From positions 1 through 64,000 of IMG/VR virus record IMGVR_UViG_2706796498_000001: a DNA stretch of 64,000 bases; one strand, written 5' to 3'. Under the pieces are notes generated by a model, which did not search any database, had not been told where the DNA came from, and saw only the letters and a list, made by a program, of their open reading frames with translations. The position numbers and the translations under genes were made by a program. This DNA comes from a virus. Lineage: Duplodnaviria > Caudoviricetes. Of the stretch, positions 38,907 to 48,654 are shown piece after piece (the stretch's first letter is position 1; the number at the start of each line of letters is the position of its first letter).

Positions 38907-39578
38907 ATGGCTTTAAAGACCGCCGAACAGGCAGAACAAGAAATGAAGATTAATCTTACTAATTTAATTAAGGCAGTAGGTGGCGTTAAGTTAGCTGATC
39001 TTAACAACAAGTTTGTGGTAATTAAGAACATTACTGATAGTGGTAACGTTTACGTTGATGGTGGTGATTATCCGCAGTTCTTTGCAATTGTTGGGAGTAA
39101 TGTATATCATGTAACTGAACAACAATTCTCTGACCCTACAGAGGGTAAGTTAGTTATTACTTTAGATAGTGGTAAGAAGCAAGTTTCTTACAAGGTTGCA
39201 CACAAGGAAGATCAACCATACGAACGTTTTAACACGCTTCGTCAAGTAAGTTATTTTGGTGACGACGGGCAAGCGCTTCTTCAAGCTCTCAAGGCTCACA
39301 TTTTAGGAACTTACAATATCCATACTTATGACGCATACCTTACGAGTGTTCCTGAACTTAATGCTGACGTTAAGGCTAACAGTTCCGCTAGTCAAGCACC
39401 TGCAAGCGCAAGTACATCTAGTCAAGCACCTGCAAGCGCAAGTACATCTAGTCAAGCACCTGCAAGCGCAAGTACATCTAGTCAAGCACCTACAAGCGCA
39501 AGTACATCTAGTCAAGCACCTACAAGCGCTAGTCAACCAGCAAGCAGTTCAGCTGAACCCGCAAGTTCCACTAATTAA
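38907..39578 (+). CDS. late, probably virion protein with Ser/Ala-rich repeat tail
   Basis: TATATTA upstream; SQAPASASTS repeats. Confidence 0.7.
   Translation: MALKTAEQAEQEMKINLTNLIKAVGGVKLADLNNKFVVIKNITDSGNVYVDGGDYPQFFAIVGSNVYHVTEQQFSDPTEGKLVITLDSGKKQVSYKVAHKEDQPYERFNTLRQVSYFGDDGQALLQALKAHILGTYNIHTYDAYLTSVPELNADVKANSSASQAPASASTSSQAPASASTSSQAPASASTSSQAPTSASTSSQAPTSASQPASSSAEPASSTN
39388..39535 (+). repeat. 30-bp coding tandem repeat, about 5 copies
   Basis: CTAGTCAAGCACCT(G/A)CAAGCGCAAGTACAT unit. Confidence 0.9.
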
Positions 39579-39598
39579 TTAAGTAAGGGGGCAAAACT

Positions 39599-39970
39599 TT
39601 GGCAGAAGAACAGGAAAAACAGAAAAAACAGCAAGTATTTATCTTTGACCCAACTACTTACCAATATTTAACTGTGGTTGATATGACCGATGTTCCAAGT
39701 AATGGAACATTAATTCCGCCGATTGCTATGGTTAATGGCAAGGAAATTATTCTTGATGACGCTGTTTGGCACCCTGATACAAATAGTTGGACAGGATCAA
39801 ACCAAGAATTAGTGGCGGCTAACAGTAGTAATCTATTACAAAATCAATCATCAAGTATCGCTGATGATGTTATTGTCTTAAAGAATAACTTTGTTGGTTT
39901 ACAAAACAGTGTTGCATTATTGACAAGTTTATTGTTAGGTGATAGTACAGACCCACAGGAAGGTGAATAA
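39599..39970 (+). CDS. tail-fibre-assembly-like protein
   Basis: FDP.TY.Y...P.N.T..PP....W....W motif plus coiled coil. Confidence 0.55.
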   Translation: MAEEQEKQKKQQVFIFDPTTYQYLTVVDMTDVPSNGTLIPPIAMVNGKEIILDDAVWHPDTNSWTGSNQELVAANSSNLLQNQSSSIADDVIVLKNNFVGLQNSVALLTSLLLGDSTDPQEGE

Positions 39971-39972
39971 TT

Positions 39973-40524
39973 TTGACGCCAGATGAACGTTCAGAAAAGA
40001 TTAAGGAGTTAATGGGACTGTTATCACGGTCTAAGCAACAACTCCAAGAACTGCAAGATTCCATGTTTTCAGAGGCACGACACAAACTTGACTATGATTC
40101 CAAGCAGTTGTTGTATAGCATGACTGGTAACATTGATAACTTTGTTAGGAGTACCTGGTCGCCCGGTTATGTATCAGTAGATGATTATAGTAAGATTACG
40201 GGCAAAGATTTTGTTGGAGAAACAGTTGACGGTGTAACCTATCCGCAAAGTGCGAGTGTAAGCCAACCGCAAAGTGCAAGTCAAAGTGATCCCGCACCAG
40301 CTTCTACTTCAACAAGTGCCAGTGATTCTTCACCAGCTTCTGCTTCAACGGCCGACAGCCAAAGTTCATCTACAACCGCTAGTGCAAGTGCAAGCCAAAT
40401 CGAACCAGCCCCCGCTTCTACAAGTGCTAGTGAACCTGAATCATCTTCTACAAGTGCTACTCAAAGTGAACCAGTTTCCGCTTCAACCAGTGTCAGTGAA
40501 CCTGCTAGTTCAGTAGATAAATAA
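39973..40524 (+). CDS. XkdX-like motif protein with Ser/Ala/Thr-rich tail
   Basis: GYVSVDDYSKITGKDF, then a low-complexity tail. Confidence 0.55.
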   Translation: MTPDERSEKIKELMGLLSRSKQQLQELQDSMFSEARHKLDYDSKQLLYSMTGNIDNFVRSTWSPGYVSVDDYSKITGKDFVGETVDGVTYPQSASVSQPQSASQSDPAPASTSTSASDSSPASASTADSQSSSTTASASASQIEPAPASTSASEPESSSTSATQSEPVSASTSVSEPASSVDK

Positions 40525-40559
40525 TCTAATATAAACACCCTTGATCTTATATATTATAT

Positions 40560-40856
40560 ATGATTGGGGGTTTTATTATTTTATACGAAGATTATAAGAA
40601 GAAACGAAAGTTAATCACCAATGAAGCTATTAATACTAAAATAGTTAAAAAAGGTAATCGTTCTATTCACACTCTAAGGGTTTGTGCATTGTGTGGTCGT
40701 CATTTAACAGAATATATGTTGACTAATCAGAAGTATATTGTGACGGTTAAACATAAACATTTACAGATAGTACCCGGCTTTGAAACTAATTTATGCTTTG
40801 ATTCTAAGACTTGTTATTTGTTTTATAATAAAAGGAAGGGGGTTGGCAATAGCTAA
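40560..40856 (+). CDS. Zn-binding protein upstream of terminase
   Basis: CALCG..H.H..LC...C; exact start uncertain. Confidence 0.65.
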   Translation: MIGGFIILYEDYKKKRKLITNEAINTKIVKKGNRSIHTLRVCALCGRHLTEYMLTNQKYIVTVKHKHLQIVPGFETNLCFDSKTCYLFYNKRKGVGNS

Positions 40857-41269
40857 TGGGACTAATTGATTCGTTACGTAATTCTTTAGCAGATAATGGA
40901 ACCGGGGATAAAGACCAATCCCTTGATAATGTTAAGCAGTCCTTAGACTTGGCGTCTGAAAAATTACTAGGTAAGATTAAGAATAACGAACTAGACTTAG
41001 ACGTTAAGGATATTAAAGATCTAGCTAGTGTCTATATGCTACTAACACAATCTGGGGAACAAGATAGTACCCTGGGAACACCACAAGCTAGTCCCGAAGT
41101 CGTTAATATTATAAGCAAAGATTTAGATGTTAAAGAAGATCCTAGTGATGGTTCTAAGGTTGTTGACCAAGATGATTTATTGAACTTATCTAGTGAAGAA
41201 GTCGATAAGATGTTGGATCAACAGTTTAAAGCACAGAATGATGATAATTTAAAAGCAAACGAAGGGTAG
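40856..41269 (+). CDS. putative terminase small subunit
   Basis: 137-aa helical protein directly before the large terminase. Confidence 0.5.
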   Translation: MGLIDSLRNSLADNGTGDKDQSLDNVKQSLDLASEKLLGKIKNNELDLDVKDIKDLASVYMLLTQSGEQDSTLGTPQASPEVVNIISKDLDVKEDPSDGSKVVDQDDLLNLSSEEVDKMLDQQFKAQNDDNLKANEG

Positions 41270-43111
41270 GTGTTATTATTGAATGGTACTCAACTGGTTA
41301 AAGCCACTCGAAAGATGTTTAAACTTTCCCCAGATGATCGAGTAACGATGGATCAATTAAATTATGTATTGATGATGAGTAAGCCTAGTAACTATATTGT
41401 TGCTAACCATACAATTCGGGGAAATCCAATTACCTTTAATATTCCCGACCATAATATTAATCGGGCTTTGGCTCACCGTCCTTGGCAAGTTGACATTTTG
41501 AATGATACCTACCTAGACTTGATTATTATTAAGTCTCGGCAGTTAGGGCTATCTGAATTAGGGATTGAACAATTAATTTGGTGGCTTGATACACATTCAT
41601 TTGATCGGGTCAATGCTTTGTATACTTTCCCAACTAATCGACAGTTGGAGGACTTTGTAGCCCAACGTTTACAACCTGAATTTAATCATGGTTATTATCG
41701 TTCATTGATTTATGATCCTAAATCGATGACTTTAAAGAAGATGAAGATCAGAGATTCAAATTTAGTTTTCCGCTCCAGTTCTAGTGGGGCTACTATGGAA
41801 GGTATGGACTTGGATTTCGTTTCGCTTGATGAGTACGACCGTCTAAATCCGTTAGCGGAACAATCAGCTTTGCAAGGTATGACTTCTTCAAAGTATAAAA
41901 TGTTGCGCCGATGGAGTACCCCGACCGTGCCTTCGTACGGCATACACAAACTATTTGAACAATCTGATCAACGGCGTTGGTACCATAAATGTTCTCATTG
42001 CGGTTATGAACAAGTGTTGGACTATGAAAAGAATATTCAACAAATTAACCCAGATGGGGTTGATGATATTGGTTTAACAGTACAACCCGGTACCTTCCAG
42101 TTTGTCTGTGCTAAGTGTGGGCGTCCTTTAGATCGTTGGTATAGTGGTTATTGGGTAACTGAACGACCATTAGCTGGACGGACACATGGGTATTCTATTT
42201 CTCAAATGGACGCCGTGTGGGTGAGTGCCGACCAACTCAAGCAAGATGAGTTACGGGCACCATCAAAACAGTTTTTCTATAACTATTCTTTAGGTATGCC
42301 TTATGAAGATAAGTCCGTGGCCTTTCACGATTATGATGTATACTCTAATGAAATTGACTATGAAAAGCCTGAACAGAGAACAGACGAATATCGTTTTGTA
42401 GCAACCGGGATTGATTGGGGAGAACATAATCATACTGTTGTGACTATTGGAATGACTACCACCGGTCAAATTAGGCTTATGGATATTACCTTTATTCCTC
42501 GGTCAACTGGTACTGAACATATTGAACAAGACCTAAACCAAGTGGTTAGAAAGATTAATCAGTACAACCCTGATATTATTTGTCCAGACTTAGGTTTTTC
42601 TGGGTCATATGACCAAAAGCTGTTAGCTTACTATGGCCCTGAAAGGGTATATTCTGTTAAGGTTAGATCAGCTAAAACCAATGGTGACTACAACTCACAT
42701 TTCAGTGACGCTGATAATACAGTTACAATTGATAAGTACACACAAAATATGATGATGATTGCTAACATTAAGCGTGGTGATATTAAGTTTTGGCGAGGTT
42801 CACGGGTGGATCCAATTATTCAAACTTTTATTAAGCACGTCCAAAATGTTGTCTTTAGAACCGATGAAAAGGAAGATCCGGCTACTCATACAATTGTTTA
42901 TGACAAGGTTATCTTACGTAAAGGTCCAGACCACTCGGAACAAACGCTCATTTATGCCTTTGTGGGCCTAGATAAGTTGATGAAAGAGTATGCGTTAGCA
43001 CATCGGAACGCTATTGAAATGCAGTTTTTATCACCGGAATTATTTAATGGAGAACAGACCGACTTACAGCGTGAGTATGGGGTGACAGATGTAAAGGAAT
43101 TTGGTGAGTGA
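41270..43111 (+). CDS. terL: terminase large subunit
   Basis: KSRQLGLSE Walker A, SLDEYD Walker B, WSTPT, GIDWG nuclease, KGPDH. Confidence 0.93.
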   Translation: MLLLNGTQLVKATRKMFKLSPDDRVTMDQLNYVLMMSKPSNYIVANHTIRGNPITFNIPDHNINRALAHRPWQVDILNDTYLDLIIIKSRQLGLSELGIEQLIWWLDTHSFDRVNALYTFPTNRQLEDFVAQRLQPEFNHGYYRSLIYDPKSMTLKKMKIRDSNLVFRSSSSGATMEGMDLDFVSLDEYDRLNPLAEQSALQGMTSSKYKMLRRWSTPTVPSYGIHKLFEQSDQRRWYHKCSHCGYEQVLDYEKNIQQINPDGVDDIGLTVQPGTFQFVCAKCGRPLDRWYSGYWVTERPLAGRTHGYSISQMDAVWVSADQLKQDELRAPSKQFFYNYSLGMPYEDKSVAFHDYDVYSNEIDYEKPEQRTDEYRFVATGIDWGEHNHTVVTIGMTTTGQIRLMDITFIPRSTGTEHIEQDLNQVVRKINQYNPDIICPDLGFSGSYDQKLLAYYGPERVYSVKVRSAKTNGDYNSHFSDADNTVTIDKYTQNMMMIANIKRGDIKFWRGSRVDPIIQTFIKHVQNVVFRTDEKEDPATHTIVYDKVILRKGPDHSEQTLIYAFVGLDKLMKEYALAHRNAIEMQFLSPELFNGEQTDLQREYGVTDVKEFGE

Positions 43112-44658
43112 TAATCATGGGATTATTTGATATGTTTAGAGAACAAAAGAATTACTTTAACCCGGAGGAACTAACTAAGTCCTATCAGAATGACTTAGCT
43201 AAGAAGTTTACTCCGGGGAAAGCTGACCAACGACTAGATGATTTATCAATTACAATTGGTAATGATCGAGAAAACCAAAGGAGTGGTCAGCGTACACAGA
43301 TTGACCAAGACTATTTCTTGCGTAAGAAGGCACAACTGGCCCAGTATGCAGAAGATATTCTGGTTCAATCAATTATCCGTACTCGAACTAACCAAGTTGT
43401 TCGTTATGCTACTCCCGCACATTTAAGTCCGACTGGTGATGGGTTTAGAGTGATTAAGAAGGGTAAAACATATTCTTCTATGACAAAAGAAGAACAGAAA
43501 CGTTCTAAGGAACTTGAACAGTTTATCTATTATACAGGTAAAGATCAATTTGATTGGCGTGACAATTTTAGTGAGTTTCTTGCTAAGGTTATCTATGACT
43601 ACTACGTCTTTGATCAGGTTAATATTGAGCGTATCTTTGAATCTAAGTCCAGTAATCAACTGAACCACTTTAACCATGTTAGTGCTGGTAATATTCTAAT
43701 TGAGCGGTTCCCTAAATCTGTTGACCGCCCAAAGACGTATGTCCAGTATGTTGACCATAAAAAGCAAAGCACGTATACTAGCAAGGATTTAGTCTTTAAG
43801 ACTTTCTGGTCTCAACCAAACGCTCGTTCTGGTGGTTATGGTAAAAGCCCGGTGGAAGCAACCATTCCCCAATTGAATTACCGAACCAACGCTGAACAGT
43901 TTAATGCCCGTTTCTTCTCCCAAGGTGGTTTAACTCGGGGTATGCTGTTGATTGACCCCGGTGATGGAACAACGGGAAGTCGGGCAAGTTTAGACGCCTT
44001 ACGGCGTAATTTAACCCCGGCCCAGTCGGTTAATGGTAGTTGGAAGATCCCTATCATGTTTGGTCATGACGCCAAGTATGTTAATATGCAACAGAATTCT
44101 AAGGATATGGAGTTTACCCAATTCCTAGGGTATTTAACAAATGAGATCTGTGCTGTTTTTAATATCCAACCCGAAGAAATTAATGTTAATAACCGTGGTG
44201 GGGTAAATGGTAGTGGTAAAGGATCTTCTGTTTTAAATGAAGGTAAGACAGCTCAAGCTAAGTTAGCCGCTTCAAAGGAATCTGGTTTAATTCCCTTGAT
44301 CAAGAATATCGAACGGTTAATGACTGACAGTATTCTTGCTTATGTTGATAATGAATATCAATTTATTTTCACACCGAGTGACGAAGAAAAGGCTGAAAAA
44401 GAAGTGTCTTTAATTCAGGCTAAGGAAAATGTTGGCTTAACGATTAATGAAGGTCGGGCCATGATGGGATTGAAACCAGTAGAGAATGGTGATGTTCCAG
44501 GTAGTCCAGCTTATATTCAGTACCTTAATACCATTGCTAAGAATGATCCAGATTCCAATAAGGAATTACAGCAAAAGGATAAGAGTAACCCTGATAAGGG
44601 AGTATCTGGTGCTGAAATGGCCGAAGAAAAACAAAAGCAAGAAGCCAAAGAAAAATAA
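43108..44658 (+). CDS. portal protein
   Basis: IIRTRTNQV, YG.SPVE, RFFSQGG.TRGML, KDMEF..FL, INEGRA. Confidence 0.92.
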   Translation: MIIMGLFDMFREQKNYFNPEELTKSYQNDLAKKFTPGKADQRLDDLSITIGNDRENQRSGQRTQIDQDYFLRKKAQLAQYAEDILVQSIIRTRTNQVVRYATPAHLSPTGDGFRVIKKGKTYSSMTKEEQKRSKELEQFIYYTGKDQFDWRDNFSEFLAKVIYDYYVFDQVNIERIFESKSSNQLNHFNHVSAGNILIERFPKSVDRPKTYVQYVDHKKQSTYTSKDLVFKTFWSQPNARSGGYGKSPVEATIPQLNYRTNAEQFNARFFSQGGLTRGMLLIDPGDGTTGSRASLDALRRNLTPAQSVNGSWKIPIMFGHDAKYVNMQQNSKDMEFTQFLGYLTNEICAVFNIQPEEINVNNRGGVNGSGKGSSVLNEGKTAQAKLAASKESGLIPLIKNIERLMTDSILAYVDNEYQFIFTPSDEEKAEKEVSLIQAKENVGLTINEGRAMMGLKPVENGDVPGSPAYIQYLNTIAKNDPDSNKELQQKDKSNPDKGVSGAEMAEEKQKQEAKEK

Positions 44659-44702
44659 TCGATAAAGTGTTGACAATTTGATAGAGTGTGTTAATATATA
44701 GT

Positions 44703-44801
44703 CAAGGCTTTAGTCAAGCCTAGTGATAAAACTTCTTTCTTTTCTTTGATTTGTCTTTCTACAATGCAAAGAGGCCATGAATTAACGTTCATGGTCTTTT
44801 T
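44703..44801 (+). ncRNA. candidate ~100-nt antisense small RNA
   Basis: TTGACA (44670-75), TGnTAATAT (44692-97); 5' hairpin, pyrimidine tract, terminator 44772-44801; no ORF. Confidence 0.6.
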
Positions 44802-44908
44802 GTTTTTGTTATAATTTCTTATATTAATTCTAGAACAAAGTTTTGTTATATTATACCTAGAATTAATAAATAGATATTCATCTAGATGAAAGGAAGTTAT
44901 TAGAACAT

Positions 44909-46399
44909 ATGCCTAAGCTAGAAACAAAAAGTCACGCGGATACTGTATTTAAGTCCACGAATCGTTCCGAAGAAATCGCTAAGAACGATGGTATGGTTTC
45001 AGAAATTAGTAAGGCTTTGGAGGCCGGTTATGGTATTACCCCTGACACGCAAGTTGATGGAGCGGCTTACCGTCTGGAAAGTCTTGACCCAACTCTGAAC
45101 ATTACTACGTTTGGTGAAAATGACTTTACCATTTACAAGGACTTGGAACGGGTTCCTGTTAATCAAACCGTTCAAAAGTACACTGTTTACTACAACCACG
45201 GTCGGACGGGACACCAACTGTTCCAACCGGAAATTGCTAAGTTAAGTGTTAACACGCCTAACGCACGTCAAAAGACCGTTAACGTTAAGTTCGTAGTTGA
45301 CACCAAGGGTGCTTCCTTTGCTATGCAATGGGCTAACACGACTGTTGACACCCAAACCCTGCTGGAAATTAGTGGGGTAAACACGATTGCTAAGGCAATT
45401 GAATACGCTACCTTCTATGGAGATTCTGACCTTGCTACCCAAGATGGCGAAGGTTACGAATTTGACGGTATCTCCAAGCTGATGGATCAAGATAACGTTG
45501 TTGACCTTCATGGTGGTGCTTTAACTCCAGGTAAGCTGAATGAAGCCGCTACGATTATTGGTAAGCGTGGTTACGGGAAGGCAACTGACGCTTATATGCC
45601 AGTTGGTGTTAAGGCTGACTTCATTAACCAACACCTTGGTTCCCAACGGATTCTTCAACCGAACCCGGCTGACCACGGAATGCAAGTAGGGTTTGATATT
45701 ACCCGGTTCATCTCCGCTAATGGGGACATTAACCTGCATGGTTCTACTATCATGGATCTTGACTTGGTACTTGATACTGAATCCACTCCAGATGTTAATG
45801 CTGGGGCCGCTCCTACGGTTCAAGCTAAGCAAGTCGCTGGTCAAGGTGGTGCCTTCTTAACTGATGATAAGAAGGACGCAAACGGTCGGACAATCCTTAG
45901 CAAGGAAGTAGGGACTGAACTTCAATATCGGGTAGTTGCTGTTGGTGCCCACGACAGCCTTCCATCTGACATTGCTACGGCTACTCCGACTGCCGCAACT
46001 GATGGGGTAACTCTTACAATTACTCTTTCCCCATTGGTAACTGACCTTCCGCACTATGTAGCCATCTATCGTAAGTCTGATGTGCCGGGTGATGAAGATT
46101 TCCGTCTGATTGACCGGGTACCGATGTCCAAGTTCCAAAACGGGACTTTGACTTACACCGATGTCAATGACACTATTCCGGGTACGGCTGACGTATTCAT
46201 TCTTGATCGGCGTCCAGAAAACATTCGTTACCTTGAGTTTGCACCAATTATGAAGTTCCCATTGGCTGTAACGACCACTGCTACGAACTTCGCACTCCTC
46301 TGGTACGGGGCACTACAGCTAATTTACCCGAAGCGTTGTGTAAAGCTTCACAATGTATTATATGCTAGTGACGCTGAATCCTTGTTTGACTTAGCATAG
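44909..46399 (+). CDS. major capsid protein
   Basis: SKALEAGYGITPDTQVDGAAYRLESLD, IAKAIEYATFYGD, EFDG..KL, DAYMPVGVKADF: A511/K-type capsid. Confidence 0.95.
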   Translation: MPKLETKSHADTVFKSTNRSEEIAKNDGMVSEISKALEAGYGITPDTQVDGAAYRLESLDPTLNITTFGENDFTIYKDLERVPVNQTVQKYTVYYNHGRTGHQLFQPEIAKLSVNTPNARQKTVNVKFVVDTKGASFAMQWANTTVDTQTLLEISGVNTIAKAIEYATFYGDSDLATQDGEGYEFDGISKLMDQDNVVDLHGGALTPGKLNEAATIIGKRGYGKATDAYMPVGVKADFINQHLGSQRILQPNPADHGMQVGFDITRFISANGDINLHGSTIMDLDLVLDTESTPDVNAGAAPTVQAKQVAGQGGAFLTDDKKDANGRTILSKEVGTELQYRVVAVGAHDSLPSDIATATPTAATDGVTLTITLSPLVTDLPHYVAIYRKSDVPGDEDFRLIDRVPMSKFQNGTLTYTDVNDTIPGTADVFILDRRPENIRYLEFAPIMKFPLAVTTTATNFALLWYGALQLIYPKRCVKLHNVLYASDAESLFDLA

Positions 46400-46503
46400 A
46401 TATAATTATTAAATTCCTAGGTATTTTTACCTAGGTTTTTTATTGCCCAATAATTTAAGTGTGTTTATATTATTAGTAGTATATAGTATGTATTGGTGGT
46501 GAT

Positions 46504-47367
46504 TTGGTGGCAAAATTTGATGTGTTTCTCCCGTTTGATAAAGTTGCCAAGTCTGATGATGATAAAGTCATTACGATTAGTGGCTACTCATCGACAGGGG
46601 ACAGAGATTATCAGGGAGAAACAATTGACCCTAATGGTATTCACTATGAATATTTGTTAGATCATGGTTATATTGACTATGAACATGATACTGATCAAAT
46701 TATTGGGGTACCAACGGAAAATACGCATTTAGATAACAAGGGTTTATTTCTAGAGGCTAAGCTATTTTCTAATATGGAACAGGTACAGAATATTATGAAG
46801 CTGTACAAGAACATTGAGGAAAATGATATTGATCGGAATTTAGGTTTTTCTATTGAAGGTAGTGTCATTGAACGGGACGATGAAGATGATTCAATTATTC
46901 GTCAAGTTCAGATTACTGGGGTAGCAGTAACTACACACCCAGCTAACCCCGCTTGTAGTTGGAAGGTACTAAATAAGTCCTTGTTTAACTCTAATAACAA
47001 GAGTAGTGACCAAGTAATCAAAGACATGGAAACTATGACTGCTGGGTATGATGTAAATAGTGCAACAGTTCATGGTGGGGCCGCCTTTCGTAAGGAATCT
47101 TTTTTAGGCACCTTTAACAATTTAGTATTTAATCTAAAGCAGGCCAAGAAACTTGGGCTAGAAACGGTGGCAACTAGTTTAGCCGAAGAGTTAGATAAGA
47201 ATGACGCTGACGAGGACGCAAGGGTTATCTTTGTGCAGTTGTTTACTGGTTTATCCGAAGCAGACGCCCGGTTAATTGTGCAAACAGTTGATCAACAAGC
47301 AGATACCGATAACCGGTTGAGGCTACTTGAAGGTTCATCTAACGCAGATGATGATGATGATGATTAA
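46504..47367 (+). CDS. prohead protease
   Basis: GYSST..RDYQGE, GYIDYEH, LGFSIEG, VAVTTHPANP. Confidence 0.88.
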   Translation: MVAKFDVFLPFDKVAKSDDDKVITISGYSSTGDRDYQGETIDPNGIHYEYLLDHGYIDYEHDTDQIIGVPTENTHLDNKGLFLEAKLFSNMEQVQNIMKLYKNIEENDIDRNLGFSIEGSVIERDDEDDSIIRQVQITGVAVTTHPANPACSWKVLNKSLFNSNNKSSDQVIKDMETMTAGYDVNSATVHGGAAFRKESFLGTFNNLVFNLKQAKKLGLETVATSLAEELDKNDADEDARVIFVQLFTGLSEADARLIVQTVDQQADTDNRLRLLEGSSNADDDDDD

Positions 47368-47384
47368 AGGAGATTTATAAAGAT

Positions 47385-48314
47385 ATGGAATTAAAAGACG
47401 TTTTTGAACACATTGATGAAATTAAAAAGTCCCTCGAAGAAAACGAAGCCAAGTCCCTTGCACATAAGGAACTCAAGAAGGACGAAGCAGATGACGATGA
47501 AGTAGAGGAATCTGTTCAAGTTCATGATGGCCAAATTCCTGATGGTGATGGTGACGCAGACGACAAGCCAGAAAAGGAAAAGATGGCTAAGAAGTCCAAG
47601 AAGTCTGATGATTCGGGTGATGAAGATGGTGCAGATGATGAGGACGCCGCAGACGATGAGGACGCTACCAAGAGTAAAGATTGCGATGAAGTAGAAGAAT
47701 CTTGTCACAAGACTAAGAAGTCCGAAGATGTAGACCCAGATGTTGAAAAGTCAATAGATGAACCAAAGGACGATGAAATGGTTAAGTCTTTGATTGGTGC
47801 TACTAACGAATTAATTGGTTTGGTTAAGTCCGTAGTTGTTCAGAACCAATCTTTGCTTGGTATGGTTGAAAAGTCCGTTAAGGAACCAGATTCAGAAAAG
47901 GCAGTTGAGAAGTCAGTAGATGAACCAGAGGACAGCGTGCAAAAGTCCGAAGCAGAGGTAGCTAAGTCTAATGATGGAGAAAGTAAGAAGGCCGAAGTAG
48001 CTAAGTCGATTGACAAGGTAGCTAAGTCTATTTATGAAGAATCTGAAAAGGACGAAGTAGCTAAGAGCTTCCCAGAAGGCAAGTCAGTTGACCCTGCTTC
48101 TGATGAAGTTGCTAAGTCCGTAGATGAAGATGTAGTTAAGGCGGGTGAATTAAAGGAAGTTATCACCAAGTCTATTAATAACTACTATGGTAAGGCTAAC
48201 TTCCATGACCAAAAGATTCTCAAGAGCTTGCAAAGTCTTTATCATGATGTTGAAGGCTTTGATGATGATGAAGTGGCTCCAGATGATCTTATTAACCGTT
48301 ATAACGAGATCTAG
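47385..48314 (+). CDS. scaffolding-like acidic head protein
   Basis: D/E/K-rich with many V[AEQ]KS units; follows the protease. Confidence 0.7.
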   Translation: MELKDVFEHIDEIKKSLEENEAKSLAHKELKKDEADDDEVEESVQVHDGQIPDGDGDADDKPEKEKMAKKSKKSDDSGDEDGADDEDAADDEDATKSKDCDEVEESCHKTKKSEDVDPDVEKSIDEPKDDEMVKSLIGATNELIGLVKSVVVQNQSLLGMVEKSVKEPDSEKAVEKSVDEPEDSVQKSEAEVAKSNDGESKKAEVAKSIDKVAKSIYEESEKDEVAKSFPEGKSVDPASDEVAKSVDEDVVKAGELKEVITKSINNYYGKANFHDQKILKSLQSLYHDVEGFDDDEVAPDDLINRYNEI

Positions 48315-48420
48315 GTATAATTAACCACACATATATCTAAGATGGCTGTATGAGCTTCTCAAGGCCAAATACAGGCATAATAAAAGCACCCACCATTAAG
48401 TTTGGTAGGTGCTTATTTAT

Positions 48421-48651
48421 TCATAAGCCTAGATAAGCGTCTAGGTCTTTTACATAATCGGCTCCGCCTTCAAGGCTAAACTGCCGATCTTGGGTTTCCA
48501 TCAAGCGGATAAAACCCGCATATTGAATATCGGTTACTTCCTTGTACTTAGGAAGTGACTTAGCTGTTTGAATAAACTTGTCTAGGCTAAATACCTTAAC
48601 TTTGCTTGCGGGTTGAATGATTTCTGTTTTTCTTGTATTCTTTTCGACCAT
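48421..48651 (-). CDS. conserved small virion-operon protein
   Basis: LDKFIQTAK..GF..LM; usually lies just before the sheath gene in this group. Confidence 0.6.
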   Translation of the reverse strand: MVEKNTRKTEIIQPASKVKVFSLDKFIQTAKSLPKYKEVTDIQYAGFIRLMETQDRQFSLEGGADYVKDLDAYLGL

Positions 48652-48654
48652 GTT

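Noticed and set aside
39303-39582. Repetitive Cys-rich and VKHLQAQVHL ORFs, or a CRISPR-like array
   Set aside because: These are alternative frames of the 30-bp coding repeat; there are no unique spacers.
27139-43111. Introns or inteins in the DNA polymerase or terminase, common in this phage group
   Set aside because: Both ORFs are continuous, of normal length, and lack intein or endonuclease motifs.
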